This document shows, one piece after another, positions 1 to 11,126 of a stretch of 64,000 nt of DNA (position 1 is the stretch's first letter; the number at the start of each line of letters is the position of its first letter). The DNA lies in NCBI GenBank assembly GCA_017499595.2, contig CM039003.1, positions 682,001 to 746,000 on the forward strand, written 5' to 3'. This stretch comes from Psilocybe cubensis (taxonomy: Eukaryota). The position numbers and the translations under genes were made by a program. A model generated the notes under the pieces. The model worked only from the letters and a program-made list of their open reading frames with translations, searched no databases and had not been told where the DNA came from.

Positions 1-9
1 GACGACTTT

Positions 10-2637
10 GTGGTTCCCTTTGCTGGTCATTCTATTTACACGGTCTTTGACTTATATTGGGGATATGACGCACGCAAAATCCATCCTATAAGCCGAGATC
101 TTACCACATTCCAGTCGCCTATTGGACCTCTTCGACTTACTTCAATGCCTATGGGATATACGAATGCAGTAGCGGAATTTCAAGCCTGTACCACCTTTAT
201 CCTTCGTGACGAGATCCCTCACGTAGCCAATGTCTTTATCGACGATGTTCCTATCAAAGGCCCTCCAACACAGTACTTAGACAAGGACGGCAATCCAGAA
301 ACACTTCCAGAAAATCCAGGAATACAACGATTTGTCTGGGAACACGCTCAAGATGTTCATCGAGTTATGCACCGCATGGGATGTGCTGGTGCTACATTTT
401 CTGGACCAAAGACTCAGCTCGCTCAGCCTAAAGTTCTTATCCTTGGACAGTTATGCACTCCGGATGGACGACTACCCAATCAGAGCAAGGTACAAAAAGT
501 CACTGATTGGCCACGACCAAAGTCTGTGCACGACATCCGATCCTTTCTAGGTCTATGCGGAACAATGCGTGTTTGGATCAGAAATTACTCAGCCCTTGTC
601 CGACCACTCACAGAACTCTATCGTAAGGACGAACCCTTTGTCTGGACCCAACAACGAGAAGACTCTTTCCAAACTCTCAAAGAAATCATTTCCAATCCTC
701 CTGTTCTCACTTCTATTGACTATTCATCCGATCGCCCAGTTATTCTTGCCGTGGACACTTCTCACATTGCTATTGGTATCATTCTCTATCAACTTGACAA
801 AGGAGGCATCCGACGACCTGTCCGCTATGGTTCTATCTCACTTAATCCACGAGAAGCACGATACAGTCAGCCCAAGCTTGAGTTATATGGTCTTTTCCGT
901 GCTCTTCGAGAATTCCGCCTCTATCTTATTGGAGTCAAGAACCTCTACGTTGAAGTCGATGCCAAGTATATCAAAGGCATGCTCAATCAGCCTGACTTGC
1001 AGCCTAGTGCTAGTATGAATCGATGGATACAAGGCATTCTTCTCTTTGACTTCAAGCTCATCCATGTAAAGGCCGGTAATCATCGTGGACCTGATGGACT
1101 TTCAAGGCAACAACCAACTTCTGAAGAGTTAGAAGAACCTCAAGAAGACGATGACTGGCTCGACAATATTGCTCTTCTTAATACGGTCAAATTTTTCCCT
1201 ACTTTTCTTTTTACTCCCTCTTCTATGCCATCGTATGACTCTATCTCGCTTCCTTCTTTTATTGCTTCTTCTTCTTCTCAAGAACGGACACTTCGACAAA
1301 TTCTTCAATTTCTTACAGACCAAACTATACCCCCTTTTCCCAATTTGCAGTCCCGACGACGATTCCTTGCTCGCGCTACTCAGTACTATCTCAAAGATGA
1401 TCAACTCTATCGACGACGACAAGGAAGACCTCCACTCTTGGTTATTCTAGATCCAGACAAGCGACGTCTCATTCTTACTCAAGCTCATGAAGAATTCGGA
1501 CATCGAGGAATATATGGTGTGTTTGGAGTTATTCGCATTCGGTTTTTCTGGCCATTTCTTTTTCAGGATATCAAGCATCATCTCGCTACTTGCCATGAAT
1601 GTCAGATCAGATCCACCAAGAAAAGCGAAGTTCCTATCACTATCACAGCTCCCCCAACTATCTTCACTATCATCAATGTCGACGTCATGTACATGCCCAA
1701 ATCTGGACGCTTCCGATACGTAGTCCTAGCCCGAGACGACTTATCACGTGCACCTGAAGGACGTGCCCTCAAGTCTTTACGTTCCGAAGAGCTGGCTACT
1801 TTCTTTTGGGAAGAAGTCATATGCCGATATGGTGCTATTGCTATTGTACGCACGGACAATGGAGTAGAAGTCTCTGGCGCTTTCAGTCTTTTGATGGAAA
1901 AGTACGGCATTCCTCAAGTTCGCATTTCTCCTTACAACTCTAAAGCCAATGGATCTATTGAACGTGGTCACATTGACTTCCGTGAATCCATTCTCAAAGC
2001 TTGCGGTGACCAACCTCTAGACTGGCCACAGTATGTTCATCACACACTCTTCTCTGACAAATGCATCACTCGACGCTCTACTGGACATTCCCCTTTCTAC
2101 GTCATGCATGGTGTTCATCCTGTTCTTCCATTTGATCTCCTTGAAGCCACATTTCTAGTTGATGGATTCCGACAAGGAATGAGTTCCGAAGATCTTCTAG
2201 CTCTCCGTGTTCGACAACTCATGAAACGAGATGAAGACTTAGCCAACATAGCCAACGTTCTGAAACAATCACGACTTCAATCCAAAGCTACTTTTGAACA
2301 ACGATTTGCTCGACGTCTTCGACAAAAAAGCTTCAAGTTTGGTGATCTAGTCCTCGTTAGGAACAGTCAAGTTGAGAAGGAGATGAATCGCAAGCACAAG
2401 CCACGATATCTTGGACCTTACGAAGTTGTACGACAGACACGAGGAGGATCATATGTGCTTAGAGAACTTAATGGTACGCAACTGGCTCAAGGTGTAGCTG
2501 CTTTCCGACTTCTTCGCTATTTTCCACGAGACGGTTCAGTCATTTCTCGACCTCAGCTAGACCGGATGATCAGAGAACTTGGACACGAGAGTGAGGAAGA
2601 TGAAGACACATGGAGCGACGATATGGACGATTTCTAA
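10..2637 (+). CDS. pol: Gypsy Pol, 5'-truncated (RT, RNase H, integrase)
   Basis: FDLYWGY, MPMGYTNA and FIDD RT motifs; RNase H YSQPKLELYG; integrase H..H..CHEC zinc finger, TDNG, ERG and GPY motifs; 875 open codons. Confidence 0.95.
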   Translation: MVPFAGHSIYTVFDLYWGYDARKIHPISRDLTTFQSPIGPLRLTSMPMGYTNAVAEFQACTTFILRDEIPHVANVFIDDVPIKGPPTQYLDKDGNPETLPENPGIQRFVWEHAQDVHRVMHRMGCAGATFSGPKTQLAQPKVLILGQLCTPDGRLPNQSKVQKVTDWPRPKSVHDIRSFLGLCGTMRVWIRNYSALVRPLTELYRKDEPFVWTQQREDSFQTLKEIISNPPVLTSIDYSSDRPVILAVDTSHIAIGIILYQLDKGGIRRPVRYGSISLNPREARYSQPKLELYGLFRALREFRLYLIGVKNLYVEVDAKYIKGMLNQPDLQPSASMNRWIQGILLFDFKLIHVKAGNHRGPDGLSRQQPTSEELEEPQEDDDWLDNIALLNTVKFFPTFLFTPSSMPSYDSISLPSFIASSSSQERTLRQILQFLTDQTIPPFPNLQSRRRFLARATQYYLKDDQLYRRRQGRPPLLVILDPDKRRLILTQAHEEFGHRGIYGVFGVIRIRFFWPFLFQDIKHHLATCHECQIRSTKKSEVPITITAPPTIFTIINVDVMYMPKSGRFRYVVLARDDLSRAPEGRALKSLRSEELATFFWEEVICRYGAIAIVRTDNGVEVSGAFSLLMEKYGIPQVRISPYNSKANGSIERGHIDFRESILKACGDQPLDWPQYVHHTLFSDKCITRRSTGHSPFYVMHGVHPVLPFDLLEATFLVDGFRQGMSSEDLLALRVRQLMKRDEDLANIANVLKQSRLQSKATFEQRFARRLRQKSFKFGDLVLVRNSQVEKEMNRKHKPRYLGPYEVVRQTRGGSYVLRELNGTQLAQGVAAFRLLRYFPRDGSVISRPQLDRMIRELGHESEEDEDTWSDDMDDF

Positions 2638-2695
2638 TCTATCCCCCCCTTCCTTCCGCAACCGGGGACGGTTGATTTCTCAAGTTTGGGACGGA

Positions 2696-4321
2696 TATCA
2701 TACCCCAATCCTGATTGGAGATGAGATGTTCATTTTGGATCTACACACGACGCCCTCAACCCAAGCAGTCATTCTTTCCATAAGTCATCCACACATCTTA
2801 TCTTATCAACACTTGTCACATGGGAGCCACGTTATTCCGGATCATGTCACTTCGTTGGATCATCAAGGCTATGCGACGGATCAGTCAACCATCAAACTGC
2901 ACAGCTTTCTACACTGCCTTGCACAGCCGGACTGTCAACTCTATTTTTATCAATTCAATGGTCTTACTCAGCGTCAGGCTGCGGATTACTCATTCCAACT
3001 TATTTTTGGTTTGTCTTACTCATCCTTTTGTGTTTATTTATATCTTTTCTATTGTCTGTTGCGCTTTTATTATCTTTGTCTTACCAATCTTCTATGCTTT
3101 CTGACTCATCCTTGCTTCTTTTATCTAATCTGTATTACCATTCACCTTCGTCATACACTTCTTTCTTACTCATCCTATTCATTTCTTGGTCGATATTGAC
3201 ATGTCTTATTGTTCTTGCTTATTGTTACACTTGCGTAGCCTCATTCTTGACACTTTGTACAGTATATGACTCGGTTTTCAGTAGCTCAGATTGGTATTTC
3301 GTTCACGTAGCTTTTAGTATAAAAGCTGTAGTAGAATTACACGAAATGACAGGAAAGTTACACCCAGTCCCCACTTTCTTCAAAGCAAGTCAATTTTCAT
3401 CCAAGTCAAGTCAATTTCAAGTCAATCCACATCGATTCATTTCAATTCCAAGCTCAAGTTCAAGCCAAGTCCAAACCCAAGTCCAATTCAGTCATCAGTT
3501 CCACCCTCCATCGAGACCAAGTTTACTTCCATTCATCCAAAGTCATCTTGCTTTCCATTAAGAGAGGATTTCATCCGAGACCAGTCATCCTCCTCATCCA
3601 ACGCCTCTTCTTCTCAGCATTGAATATCCAACTTCTATCCAGACCTCCAGTACTTCCCTACTTCCTCTCCTCCATTCAATCCGTCACCGCTCCTACTCCT
3701 TCTACACCTTCCAACCATCGCCGTTAGGAGTGTATTCAAGACATCCTTTCCCTCCGTCAACTCATCTGGAGCGATTTTATTCGAGATAGACTTAGTCTTT
3801 CATCCTCGATTCAGTCAATACTCCTGCGACGTATAGCTTCATTCCAAGCTTCAGAAAGATTGTCAATTTAAAGACACTTTCCCCATTCTCCAAGATTCAG
3901 CCCGTTAACGACATTCCAACCCCTAGTCATCTTCTCATCTCCCCTCGGAACGTTCCCCACTCACTTCAGACAACCCCTCTAAGATTCACATTTATTGATT
4001 TCTCATACGCATTCTACGCATCTTCTTCACGCTTTCCATATACACCCGCCATCCAATTCCACGGTTCCATCCCATTTTCGGAAGGCTTATTTACTATCGT
4101 ACCCAGACGACCCGGTTATCCTCTTCTTACTATTTCGCTTTTGTTACCCTTCACAATCCACACCATCCTAATCTACTTAAATCCTAGGCAGCGTCCTCCC
4201 TTAAGAAACTTAGGAGAAGGTTTTGTCCTATCTAGTCTGGACCACTCTTTCCCTGGGGTTTGTGTTTGTTGGATTACATATAGTTTATAACCAATCACAA
4301 ACTTCGATCTTCAATGTTTCA
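2696..4321 (+). repeat. 3' LTR of Gypsy A (~1.6 kb)
   Basis: Starts TATCATA (probably decayed TGTCA) after the purine tract and ends TTTCA; TATAAAA at 3318-3324; 2870-4321 matches 46416-47423 plus 52801-53253. The 5' boundary is inferred. Confidence 0.75.
3796..4290 (+). CDS. Conserved ORF inside the Gypsy A LTR, unknown product (possibly extends to ATG 3346 across decayed stops)
   Basis: 3883-4290 aligns without gaps to 52815-53222; hand count ~44 synonymous vs ~12 nonsynonymous codon differences in 135 codons; same TAA. Confidence 0.7.
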   Translation, partial: SFILDSVNTPATYSFIPSFRKIVNLKTLSPFSKIQPVNDIPTPSHLLISPRNVPHSLQTTPLRFTFIDFSYAFYASSSRFPYTPAIQFHGSIPFSEGLFTIVPRRPGYPLLTISLLLPFTIHTILIYLNPRQRPPLRNLGEGFVLSSLDHSFPGVCVCWITYSL

Positions 4322-5892
4322 GGAAAACCTTTGGATATGTATTATGCTATAGTGGACATAGGAAAGAATTACTATATTTGAAAGGTACGAGCGACATAAG
4401 CTCCATTAAAAATTCATATTAACACTACTATATTCCTACTAATTATATAGACTTGCGGCTTTGGTGCAAAATACTATTTTAGCATCTGGTACCTGTTTCT
4501 AGCTTTCTTTATCTTACCTTGTTATCATTCAGTCCCATACAATGCCTTTCTACAATACTATGTTTTATGTTTGATGAAATATAATAGATTTAACTCTTCA
4601 TTTGCATGATATAATACAAATGTACCAGAAATAAATACACAAACAGGTGAGCCACCACACAAGTTTTCATGTCAATCTCTTCTGTGGCTAGAATAGTAAA
4701 AATATATATTACAGTGCAAGGTTGAACAATCTTGGGAAGCATTGGAATCTGATGGATGACCATGTATTCTGCACAACAATTGTATTGGCTGACAATTCTA
4801 TATGATATTCCATAAATTTTAAGTGAACTTAATGCCATTTAGTGTAATGGAAATCAGGCAAAATTGTTCTATATCATGTTGACCATGTAGACATTCTAAG
4901 GCTCATGCATTCCATTGTAACTAAATCACATTAGACAGTTTATTTATAACGTACATTACCTAAGATTTAATAATAAGGATATTATGTGAGATACAGTGGA
5001 TTTACTCCCACTACCTAATTAAGAGATTAGCGTGCTATACGTGTGATTTAGCCTGGCAAATCATAGCATACATGACGTGCCATTTAGCACTAAATGGAGC
5101 CACCGGGTGGCCTGCAGAATCCGCGTGTGGGGTTGCATGGGAAAAACACAGGCCGCAAATGAACTGAACGGGTCCATCTATATCCCATGTATTATAAGCA
5201 GATGGATCCACTTTGACCCGTGTTGTGCTGTCAGACGGCCCCATTTGACCCGTGTCTTCCCAGAGAAGGAGGATTATTTATGGGGTATTGCAAATCAATG
5301 AGCACAAGGGCTCCAAAAATAATTTATTCAGTTCTACCAGTGTACAAATGCGTTTCCAAACTCAATTCAATCCCTGTCAGCCCAGTATCAATTTCCTCCA
5401 GCGCATTATAAGTCAGAATCTCTGACTGCAGCTAATGCAGGCAGAGGTTCTTAAACGCTGTGACCTTGCTATCATAACTATTGTTGCCAAGAGAACTTTT
5501 GATTATATGGTTGTACGTGGCCCATAGCTGCTGCTTGGTATAATTCTAAAACAGTTGTCAGTATCTAGTGCTTGGTAATATCTAAGTATATACATATAGA
5601 AAAGGAGGGTTAAAATACGCCGTCTGATCTGTCACATCCTTGAACTCAATGTCAGACTGGGTGGGAGGCGAACCGGGGTAGCCGCCCATGGGATCAAACC
5701 TGCCGTAGGTTCAAAAATAAGAATTTTAAAGGAGCAGGTGGCATGCTTCAGGCAGCGGAGAATAGTGACCTTGCTTTTTCTCAGAAGAAATAGCTGGATG
5801 AGAGTCCATAATGATTTTGTCGACGACGGATGTGTATGAAACATTTGGTGTATGTGCTGCCATAGATGGCAGAGCCACATCATCTCAGATGA

Positions 5893-6016
5893 CTGGCATA
5901 GACAGAGGAGATCTGGAATGACAGGCATAGGGGGAGGAGCCAGGCTAGGTGGAATCACAGGCATAGGTGGAGGAGCCAGATTATCTGGAATGACTGGCAT
6001 AGGCGGCAGAGCCAGG
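5893..6016 (-). repeat. 36-bp tandem repeat (LAPPPMPVIP on minus strand) in a decayed ORF
   Basis: GGCATAG recurs at 5924, 5960 and 5996, with a shortened unit at 5895. Confidence 0.75.
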
Positions 6017-6545
6017 TCATCCGGCCTTGCTGTACGTTTGCTTTCTTTAGAGTTGCTAATACTCAAAGATATTGCTGAGGCTCAGAAATCAATTACAATT
6101 TACTCAAATTAATACAACTAGTCTTACATTTTATAGGTTTTATAGGAGGAGGTTCCTTTAGTTTTTTGAGAAGCCTGGTAAGATTGTTCAGACTGGTGTG
6201 GTCAATGGGGGAATCCGTGCTAGCAGTAGGAATAAAGTTGTAGAAGGACATATAGTCCAGGAAGTGCAACCTTGTAGGCTTGTTTATATATCTCATGGAA
6301 TACAATCCTATCCGAGGATTCTCTATTACACTGAAATAGATTTACCCGTGTATCAAACTTAGCAACTTTAGCACAAACTAGATCTGGGGAAGAAATCACA
6401 TGACTCAGATTGTATATGTTTGTGTATGGTTTTGTTTTGCGGGAACGCTTTTTTTTAGACTTAACTCCAACCATGATCACCACTCCCACGTTCTACCGTG
6501 CCTCACCCATTAATATGTCTCCCCCAAAAAAAAAATGCTTTTCCA

Positions 6546-8926
6546 ATAGCATCATCATCATCCATCACTGCCACCTTTGCCCAATGCCTTGCTGACTGGA
6601 AAAAAATGTTCACAGAGTGCTACCGCAGCGGTGAAAGCACGTTCAACGCTCAGTTAGAGCAGCTCTACAGGGACTTGGTGAGTAATAAATATCCCTTGAT
6701 CATGACTTGCTCAACAAAAAAAAAATTCCAATAGGTTTTATTGTGTCATGAGTATATCAGGGATACCGCCTGCTTCCGGCTCATCGACTACATTGCGAGT
6801 CCCATTGTCTACTCTTACAAAGTCATCCAGGGCAAGGGCAGCAAGAACATCCACAGGTTTGAGGTCGACTGGGCAACACTCAAACATCAAGTTGCCAACT
6901 TTAAGGCCTACTAGGAAGGCCAGGAGGCAGAGAAGAAGAAAAAGGAGAAGAAAGAGCATGAGGAAGAGGAGAGGCAGAGGGTGGAGGAGAGAAGGAAGAG
7001 GGAGGAGAGAAAGAAGAGGGAGGAGAGGAAGAAGAGAGAGAAGGAAAGGCAAAGGGTGGAGAAAAGGAGAAAGAGGGAAGAAGAAAAGCAGAGGGTGGAG
7101 GAAAGGAGGAAGAGGGAGGAGAGGAAGAAGAAGGAGGAAAGAAAGAGGAAGGAGGAGGAAGAGGAGAGGCAGAAGGAGCAAGAGAGGCAGAGGGAGCAGG
7201 ACAAGGACAAGGACAAGGACAAGGAGACGGACAAGGAGACGGAGAAAAGACGGGCCGAGAAAGGCAAGGGCAAGGCCATTGAACCCCCAGTAGAATGCGG
7301 ACCCGTAACAGATGGCCATAAAGACAAGGGCAAACAGAAAGCGGCAGACTCCGTAAAATCCAGCAATGTGGCTCCAGTGGAGTACAGGAGACCACAAACA
7401 AAGACGGGGGAAATACTTCCCCACATGACTCCCTTCAACATGCCCGGCCATCCCATATACAAGGCAAAGTTGGCAAGGTTGGCGCAGTCCAAGTGCAAAA
7501 GCAAGGCTACCATAGGAAGCCACATGGACAATGACGCCAATGCCGACAACGACGACAAAGGCAATGATAACAAAGGGGTTCCGCCTACCACCTCCACCTG
7601 GAAGATGCTCACCCGGTCCGCAAAGAAGGACACCGACCAGGACGCTATCTCCCCCTATCAGGAAGGCGTGGTCAAGATCTGACAAAGCACGCCAGGTGCT
7701 GGAGAGAATGGTGAATATGGTGGAAAGGTGCAAGGGATGCACCAAATTTAAGGTGCCATGTCATGTCAAGGGGGAGATAGGCACTGAGCCTCTCGTCCCT
7801 ATAAAGCACCAATCTTGCGAGTTTTGCAAGTCTTGCAAGATCCACTGCAGCTTCTATCCAGGACGCCACACCTTCACGGGGCAATTCAGCCTGACAATGC
7901 CACTGGGAAGTTATGGGGAGGTGTTGAAGTTGGAGCAGGAAGAGGATGTTCCGGCGAAGGAGAAGGCCGGGGAAGGGTCATTCCCCGAGGATGTGGGAGA
8001 GCTGCTTGTGCAGCTCTTTGAGCAACAAGGCTGACTGATGAACGGATGGATGGCCTTTCTGCGTCCATGATGGCGATGAACGCACGGATTGCAACGTTTG
8101 CCAAAACAAACTTGGCGGTGAAGAAGAGGATGAAGACTGTCGAGGACGGCTTCCAAGAGCTGAAGGCCAAGTGGACCATGGCAAAAGAACAAGTGGCAGG
8201 AAACACTTCACTTTCCGTCACGATGTTCAACAACATCAAGCAGGGGATCCAGGACGTTCAATACATGGTCGGAATTTTGCTAGAGCAGGATAAACAAAGG
8301 GATCCCGCCCCCAAATAGGCAGCAGGACCCTCCAAGACGAAGGTCAAACACAAATAGGGTCCGTCACAGAGCCGTGAACCAACCTCTGCGCCTCAATCCT
8401 CAAGCCCACCACTACCGCCAGCACCCATCCTGCCTTCCCCTCCTTCTCCACCACCAGCAGCCCTACTCCCTTCCCCATCTCCACCACCACTAGCGCCGCT
8501 CCTCCCTTCCCCGCCCCCACCTCTACCTGCACCCGTCCTCCCTGCCGCGCCTGCGCCCCAAACTGCGCTTTTCTTGCCCGGATCAACTCCAACATTGCTT
8601 TTGCCCCCCTAGCTGGCCAACCCTTACTTCCACTGGTACTGTCTATCCTTTCCCTGTCTCCACCACCCCCTCTCCCAGCTCCACATCCTTGAAGTTTGAC
8701 GTCAAAGACCGCACCGTTGTCAAAGGCCGCGCCATTGTCCAAGGGCGGCCCATCTTCAAAGGGCGGCCCATCGTCAAAGGCGGGCCCATCATCAAAGGCT
8801 CAGCCATCTGGAGATGGCAACTCGTCAGAGTTGTCTGATCCATCGGACAGCAACGAGGTCGAGATTGTGGAGGAAGACGTGGAGATTGTGGCATCCACGC
8901 TGCCTGTGTCAAATATGGCCACATAA
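6546..8926 (+). pseudogene. Spliced gene relic: charged coiled coil, KGKGKA motif, Zn2Cys6-like cluster, coiled coil, Pro/Ser-rich tail; probably TE-associated
   Basis: Probable start decayed to ATA (6546); GT-AG intron 6678-6734; E/K/R repeat ~6920-7260; Cx2Cx6Cx18Cx2Cx6C at 7729-7848; in-frame stops and frameshifts; 18-bp repeats at 8702-8808. Confidence 0.65.
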
Positions 8927-10275
8927 ACTGCTTTGTGCAGTACTGGGGACCATGTGAAAGTTTTTCAATAGGCAGTGGGGCGTAAAAATGTGGGCTATTG
9001 AGGTGGGCATATTTTGTGAATTCTGGACTGTCCAGAAGAACTCTGAGAATTCTGTATTTGTGCTGTGCATTGATGCAATTGTCAACCAAATCCGAGCCAT
9101 ATAACACTTCTTCAAAGTTAAACACTGTTTTTGAATGAATAGCTTGGAAATTGTTAAATTTCCAATTTGCATCAGCAGGTAACGTTGCTTCTTGAGGCAG
9201 AATCCAAACGGTTGCAGCAATTGCATTTACAAAATGGTTTTGATTATGCATGCATTGCAAAAATACTCGGAGTGGGATATTTACATTGTCGTGGATAAGG
9301 TTAAAGGGATTCTTTAAGACGGCCGTGGATGCTTTATTTATGGCATTTTTAGATAATAATGTGTAGGCATTTGAAGTCCACTTGTGACTCATTATAAATC
9401 CAATAGCATGGATTGCGTCAAAAGCTTTTGCTGCAAGCCCGCAAGCTTTGAGATAGATTGCCCAGATTCTTTGGAAACAGTTACAATGACAAAAACAACG
9501 GTATTGCAGTTGTGCAACAATTGATAGATTTTTCTAATTCATACAGAGATTTAGATTAAAATATTTGGCCACATTGTATGAATACGCACCAAATTTGACA
9601 ATGTTGTATCTGAGATCTGCTGCAAAACGTCAACATAATGTCTTGATGCACTTTCCACAACTTTCCAGAGCACTGGCACTGAATTTTGGACACTTTGAGC
9701 CCATGTAGAGAAGTCGGTATTCAGCAGATTATGTTTTGACATTTCTTGAAGGGGTAATTTGAAGAGAAATGCTGATGCTTTCATTTCACGATCAATCCTA
9801 TCAGTGACACACTTGACGGCAAACTGATACATAGTGCAACGTGCACCCTCTGGCCTTTTCCACCCCACTGAGAGTCTAATGCTCGTTTTGGAGGTTTGTA
9901 CCAATGACGCAAAATTGCCGGAAGTTCTTTGCTTGCCAACAATGAGGTTCTTGCATACTGGATTTTGCAATCTGAATGACAGTCTGGGGATCCCCAGCTT
10001 AATGCATTGAGAAACAGTGGTAAATCTAGTCCACAACCAATAATGCAGTCTAGAACTTTGCGTACTTTTGAAGCTATCTCTCGCTGATGGAGTTTTTGCC
10101 TTCTTAGTTGTATGTGCACGAAAAACACTGAATCTTGTAATGTTGCTGTTGCATCTTCTTCTTCGCTAGACAGACAGTCATTGGAGTCTTCCTTGGACAT
10201 CTCAGAGTCTTCAATATGCATAAATTCATCTTCAGAGGCATCAAACAGCGAGCTATTACAAATGAATTTGTCCAT
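8921..10275 (-). pseudogene. Truncated DUF6589-type (possibly Academ-like) transposase relic
   Basis: IYLKACG..AKAFDAIHAIG..MSHKW and HDNVNIPLRVF..NQNHF..AATVW resemble fungal DUF6589 proteins (recalled, not searched); frameshifted; cut off near 8921. Confidence 0.6.
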
Positions 10276-10510
10276 TAACAGAAATAGAGACTGAGGGAAG
10301 GCGGTGATTGATCAAGAGATAGTGATAAAAAGACCGAGCATGAGTGGGAAGAATGTGACTGATGTGACATTAGGGGCTGTCCGCATCTTTACTGATGCAA
10401 TTGCACCAGATGTTAGGGAGAGCGATTGTGCAACGGTTTTCATCAGAATTTTTGACTCCGCTTTCATTCTCCGCCGGAGCTCTCCTGAACATCTGGAGCC
10501 GAGATTACCA

Positions 10511-10774
10511 TTCATCAAGCCTTTGTCACAGAGGACATACAGCGACGTCGCCGCGCTTCGGAGTTGCCTGCACTCGCCACCGCGTTCCAGGCCGCTCCAG
10601 CCCCTTCTGCATCCAAGCCCAAGTGCGCATTTTGTGATATGACCAATCATGCAATGGACAAGTGTCACAAGTTCATTGCTGCGCAAAAGGATGCAAAGGA
10701 GCGTGTCAAAGCGGCTCGCAAAGGCAATAGAGCGCACAAGGCCTCAGAGGCATTCAGTGAGGAAAAAGAGTCCA
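10511..10774 (+). repeat. Isolated copy of Copia B gag zinc-knuckle segment
   Basis: ~264 bp nearly identical to 11880-12143. Confidence 0.9.
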
Positions 10775-11126
10775 CCAAGCACAGTACTGGCACTGACACT
10801 TTCCAAACACCTCATGCAAAAAGGGGGGCAGCTTAGAGATGATTGTGCATGAACATCACAGCCAACTCCATCAAGCACTGTCAGTTCAGTAATTATTCAA
10901 ACATTGAAATTTTTGGAAAGTAGGGAAATTAGATTTTTCAATTTCTATCAGGCTGTTTTATACTACTGGTGATGCAGGGCATCAAACTTGTTTCTAAGGT
11001 TTCTGGTCTCACCAAAATTGTCAGAGATCTATTTCATAGCTAAATCATTTGCCATCAGATTGTTGATTATAGTCTTTGTCACAGTGGCAGTGATTTTTGG
11101 ATTTGCAAAGATTGATAAGAGTTCTG

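Larger units (their letters stand above)
1..4321 (+). mobile_element. Ty3/Gypsy LTR retrotransposon A, 3' portion (5' end outside window)
   Basis: RT-RNaseH-integrase order in ORF 10..2637; purine-rich tract ~2682-2695; long 3' LTR that recurs at 46416-53253. Confidence 0.93.

Noticed and set aside
2579-3345. Cys/Leu/Phe-rich ORFs in the LTR U3 region (also 46400-46826)
   Set aside because: Pyrimidine-rich low complexity, and frames are broken by indels between the two copies, unlike the downstream conserved frame.
6738-7745. Long hydrophobic or Ser/Phe-rich minus-strand ORFs and an Arg-rich plus-strand ORF
   Set aside because: Shadow frames of the purine-rich E/K/R repeat.
8643-9392. 249-aa ORF as a single protein
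   Set aside because: Chimeric read-through from the transposase relic into the antisense of the neighbouring gene.
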